In this document: in pieces, positions 1-378 of the stretch
Position numbering within the stretch: the stretch's first letter is position 1
How the letters are laid out: every line of letters starts with the position of its first letter
Sequence record: V01125.1
Reading direction: 5' to 3' (one strand)
Source: a phage
Length of the DNA stretch: 378 nt
Notes under the pieces: generated by a model
Seen by the model: the letters and a program-made list of their open reading frames with translations, nothing else
The model's database searches: none
Told to the model about the DNA's origin: nothing
Made by a program: the position numbers and the translations under genes

Positions 1-1
1 N

Positions 2-136
2 ACANGNTCTCTGGGGACCTTAAGGNGCCTGAGGAACGAATCGCGCCGCANNGGNGNNAANGNNGACCGGATGGCTATCGCTAATGGTCTTACGCTCAAC
101 ATTGATAAGCAACTTGACGCAATGTTAATGGGCTGA
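2..136 (+). CDS. 0.7: 3' end of T7 gene 0.7 (Ser/Thr protein kinase / host transcription shut-off protein), 5'-partial. The ORF is open from the window edge to TGA at 134-136.
   Basis: Seen in sequence: the frame ending at TGA 134-136 has no determinable stop back to nt 2. The unambiguous part (65-133) translates D-R-M-A-I-A-N-G-L-T-L-N-I-D-K-Q-L-D-A-M-L-M-G-stop. Recall: the stop lies 70 nt upstream of the gene 1 ATG, the spacing I remember for gene 0.7 stop to gene 1 start in T7. Nt 1-64 contain many N calls, so that translation is unreliable. Confidence 0.6.
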   Translation, partial: TXSLGTLRXLRNESRRXXXXXDRMAIANGLTLNIDKQLDAMLMG

Positions 137-149
137 TAGTCTTATCTTA
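114..149 (+). promoter_or_regulatory. Candidate sigma70-type host promoter: -35 TTGACG (114-119), 17-nt spacer, -10 TAGTCT (137-142), predicted start near A149. Possibly the minor T7 E. coli promoter C.
   Basis: Seen in sequence: the -35 hexamer matches TTGACA at 5/6 with an optimal 17-nt spacer. The -10 is weak, matching TATAAT at 3/6 (T1, A2 and T6 conserved). Recall: I remember a minor E. coli promoter 'C' mapped about 58 nt upstream of the gene 1 ATG, which would fall at window ~149; this recollection is not certain. Confidence 0.35.
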
Positions 150-184
150 CAGGTCATCTGCGGGTGGCCTGAATAGGTACGATT
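138..184 (+). promoter_or_regulatory. RNase III processing site (T7 R1-like) in the 0.7/1 intergenic region: lower stem, asymmetric internal loop, upper stem, tetraloop.
   Basis: Seen in sequence (manual folding). Upper stem: 150-158 (CAGGTCATC) pairs with 163-171 (GGTGGCCTG), 9 bp including 2 G-U pairs, loop 159-162 (TGCG). Internal loop: 147-149 (TTA) opposite 172-175 (AATA). Lower stem: 138-146 (AGTCTTATC) pairs with 176-184 (GGTACGATT), 9 positions with 1 mismatch and 2 G-U. Recall: T7 R1 cleavage maps about 33 nt upstream of the gene 1 ATG, i.e. window ~174, which falls in the 3' side of the internal loop as expected for T7 single-cut RNase III sites. Confidence 0.6.
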
Positions 185-192
185 TACTAACT

Positions 193-200
193 GGAAGAGG
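193..200 (+). promoter_or_regulatory. Ribosome-binding site (Shine-Dalgarno) for gene 1.
   Basis: Seen in sequence: GGAAGAGG at 193-200 is purine-rich and contains AAGAGG (195-200), which is complementary to the 16S rRNA 3' end. It sits 6 nt (201-206, CACTAA) upstream of ATG 207-209. Confidence 0.8.
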
Positions 201-206
201 CACTAA

Positions 207-378
207 ATGAACACGATTAACATCGCTAAGAACGACTTCTCTGACATCGAACTGGCTGCTATCCCGTTCAACACTCTGGCTGACCATTACGGTGAGCGTT
301 TAGCTCGCGAACAGTTGGCCCTTGAGCATGAGTCTTACGAGATGGGTGAAGCACGCTTCCGCAAGATGTTTGAGCGTC
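207..378 (+). CDS. 1: T7 RNA polymerase (single-subunit DNA-dependent RNA polymerase), N-terminal 57 codons, 3'-partial (continues beyond the window).
   Basis: Seen in sequence: ATG at 207 with an upstream SD. Translation is MNTINIAKNDFSDIELAAIPFNTLADHYGERLAREQLALEHESYEMGEARFRKMFER with no stop to the window end. Recall: this is the N-terminus of T7 RNAP (gene 1), and the nucleotide sequence matches what I remember of T7 gene 1 and commonly used T7 RNAP expression constructs. Confidence 0.97.
   Translation, partial: MNTINIAKNDFSDIELAAIPFNTLADHYGERLAREQLALEHESYEMGEARFRKMFER

Noticed and set aside
122-130. ATGTTAATG (two in-frame ATGs) as an alternative start region.
   Set aside because: It is followed by a stop two codons later (TGA 134-136), so it is just the final residues (M-L-M-G) of the upstream ORF.
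71-136. The in-frame ATG at 71-73 (M-A-I-A-N-G…) as the start of an independent small ORF of 21 codons.
   Set aside because: It has no convincing Shine-Dalgarno upstream (that region is N-rich and low quality), and it is in frame with, and internal to, the longer ORF that reads through from the window start. It is better explained as an internal Met of gp0.7.
150-171. The GC-rich hairpin (CAGGTCATC-TGCG-GGTGGCCTG) as a Rho-independent terminator.
   Set aside because: No U-rich tract follows the stem (downstream is AATAGGTACGA), and it sits immediately upstream of an essential gene that is co-transcribed with 0.7. It is better explained as the upper stem of the RNase III site.
178-197. Partial resemblance to a T7 RNAP promoter (TACGATTTACTAACTGGAAG against consensus TACGACTCACTATAGGGAGA), about 13/18 matches over consensus positions -14 to +4.
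   Set aside because: The mismatches fall at positions critical for T7 RNAP recognition and initiation (-9, -7, -2, -1, +1), and the upstream TAATA (-17 to -15) is absent. No T7 promoter is known at this location. It is most likely chance similarity in an AT-rich leader or a degenerate relic, not a functional promoter.
1-378. The possibility that the window encodes a novel or undescribed system (defence system, mobile element, CRISPR, toxin-antitoxin).
   Set aside because: The whole window is accounted for by two recognised T7 genes and their known intergenic signals. There are no repeats, inverted terminal repeats, spacer arrays or unexplained ORFs on either strand in 378 nt.

Overview
This 378-nt window is the bacteriophage T7 early-region junction between gene 0.7 and gene 1, not a novel system. 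Reading left to right on the + strand: (i) an N-containing, low-quality 5' end (nt 1-64) that looks like the start of a raw sequencing read; (ii) the 3' end of an ORF ending at TGA 134-136, which I recognise as the C-terminus of T7 gene 0.7 (protein kinase / host shut-off protein); (iii) a 70-nt intergenic region with a stem / internal loop / stem structure matching the T7 RNase III processing site R1, plus a weak sigma70-like promoter candidate; (iv) a Shine-Dalgarno sequence; (v) the first 57 codons of T7 RNA polymerase (gene 1), starting at ATG 207-209 and running off the window. All identifications are from recall of the T7 sequence and manual translation/folding; no database search was run. 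I cannot tell from the sequence alone whether this is native T7 phage DNA or an engineered T7 RNAP cassette that keeps native upstream sequence.
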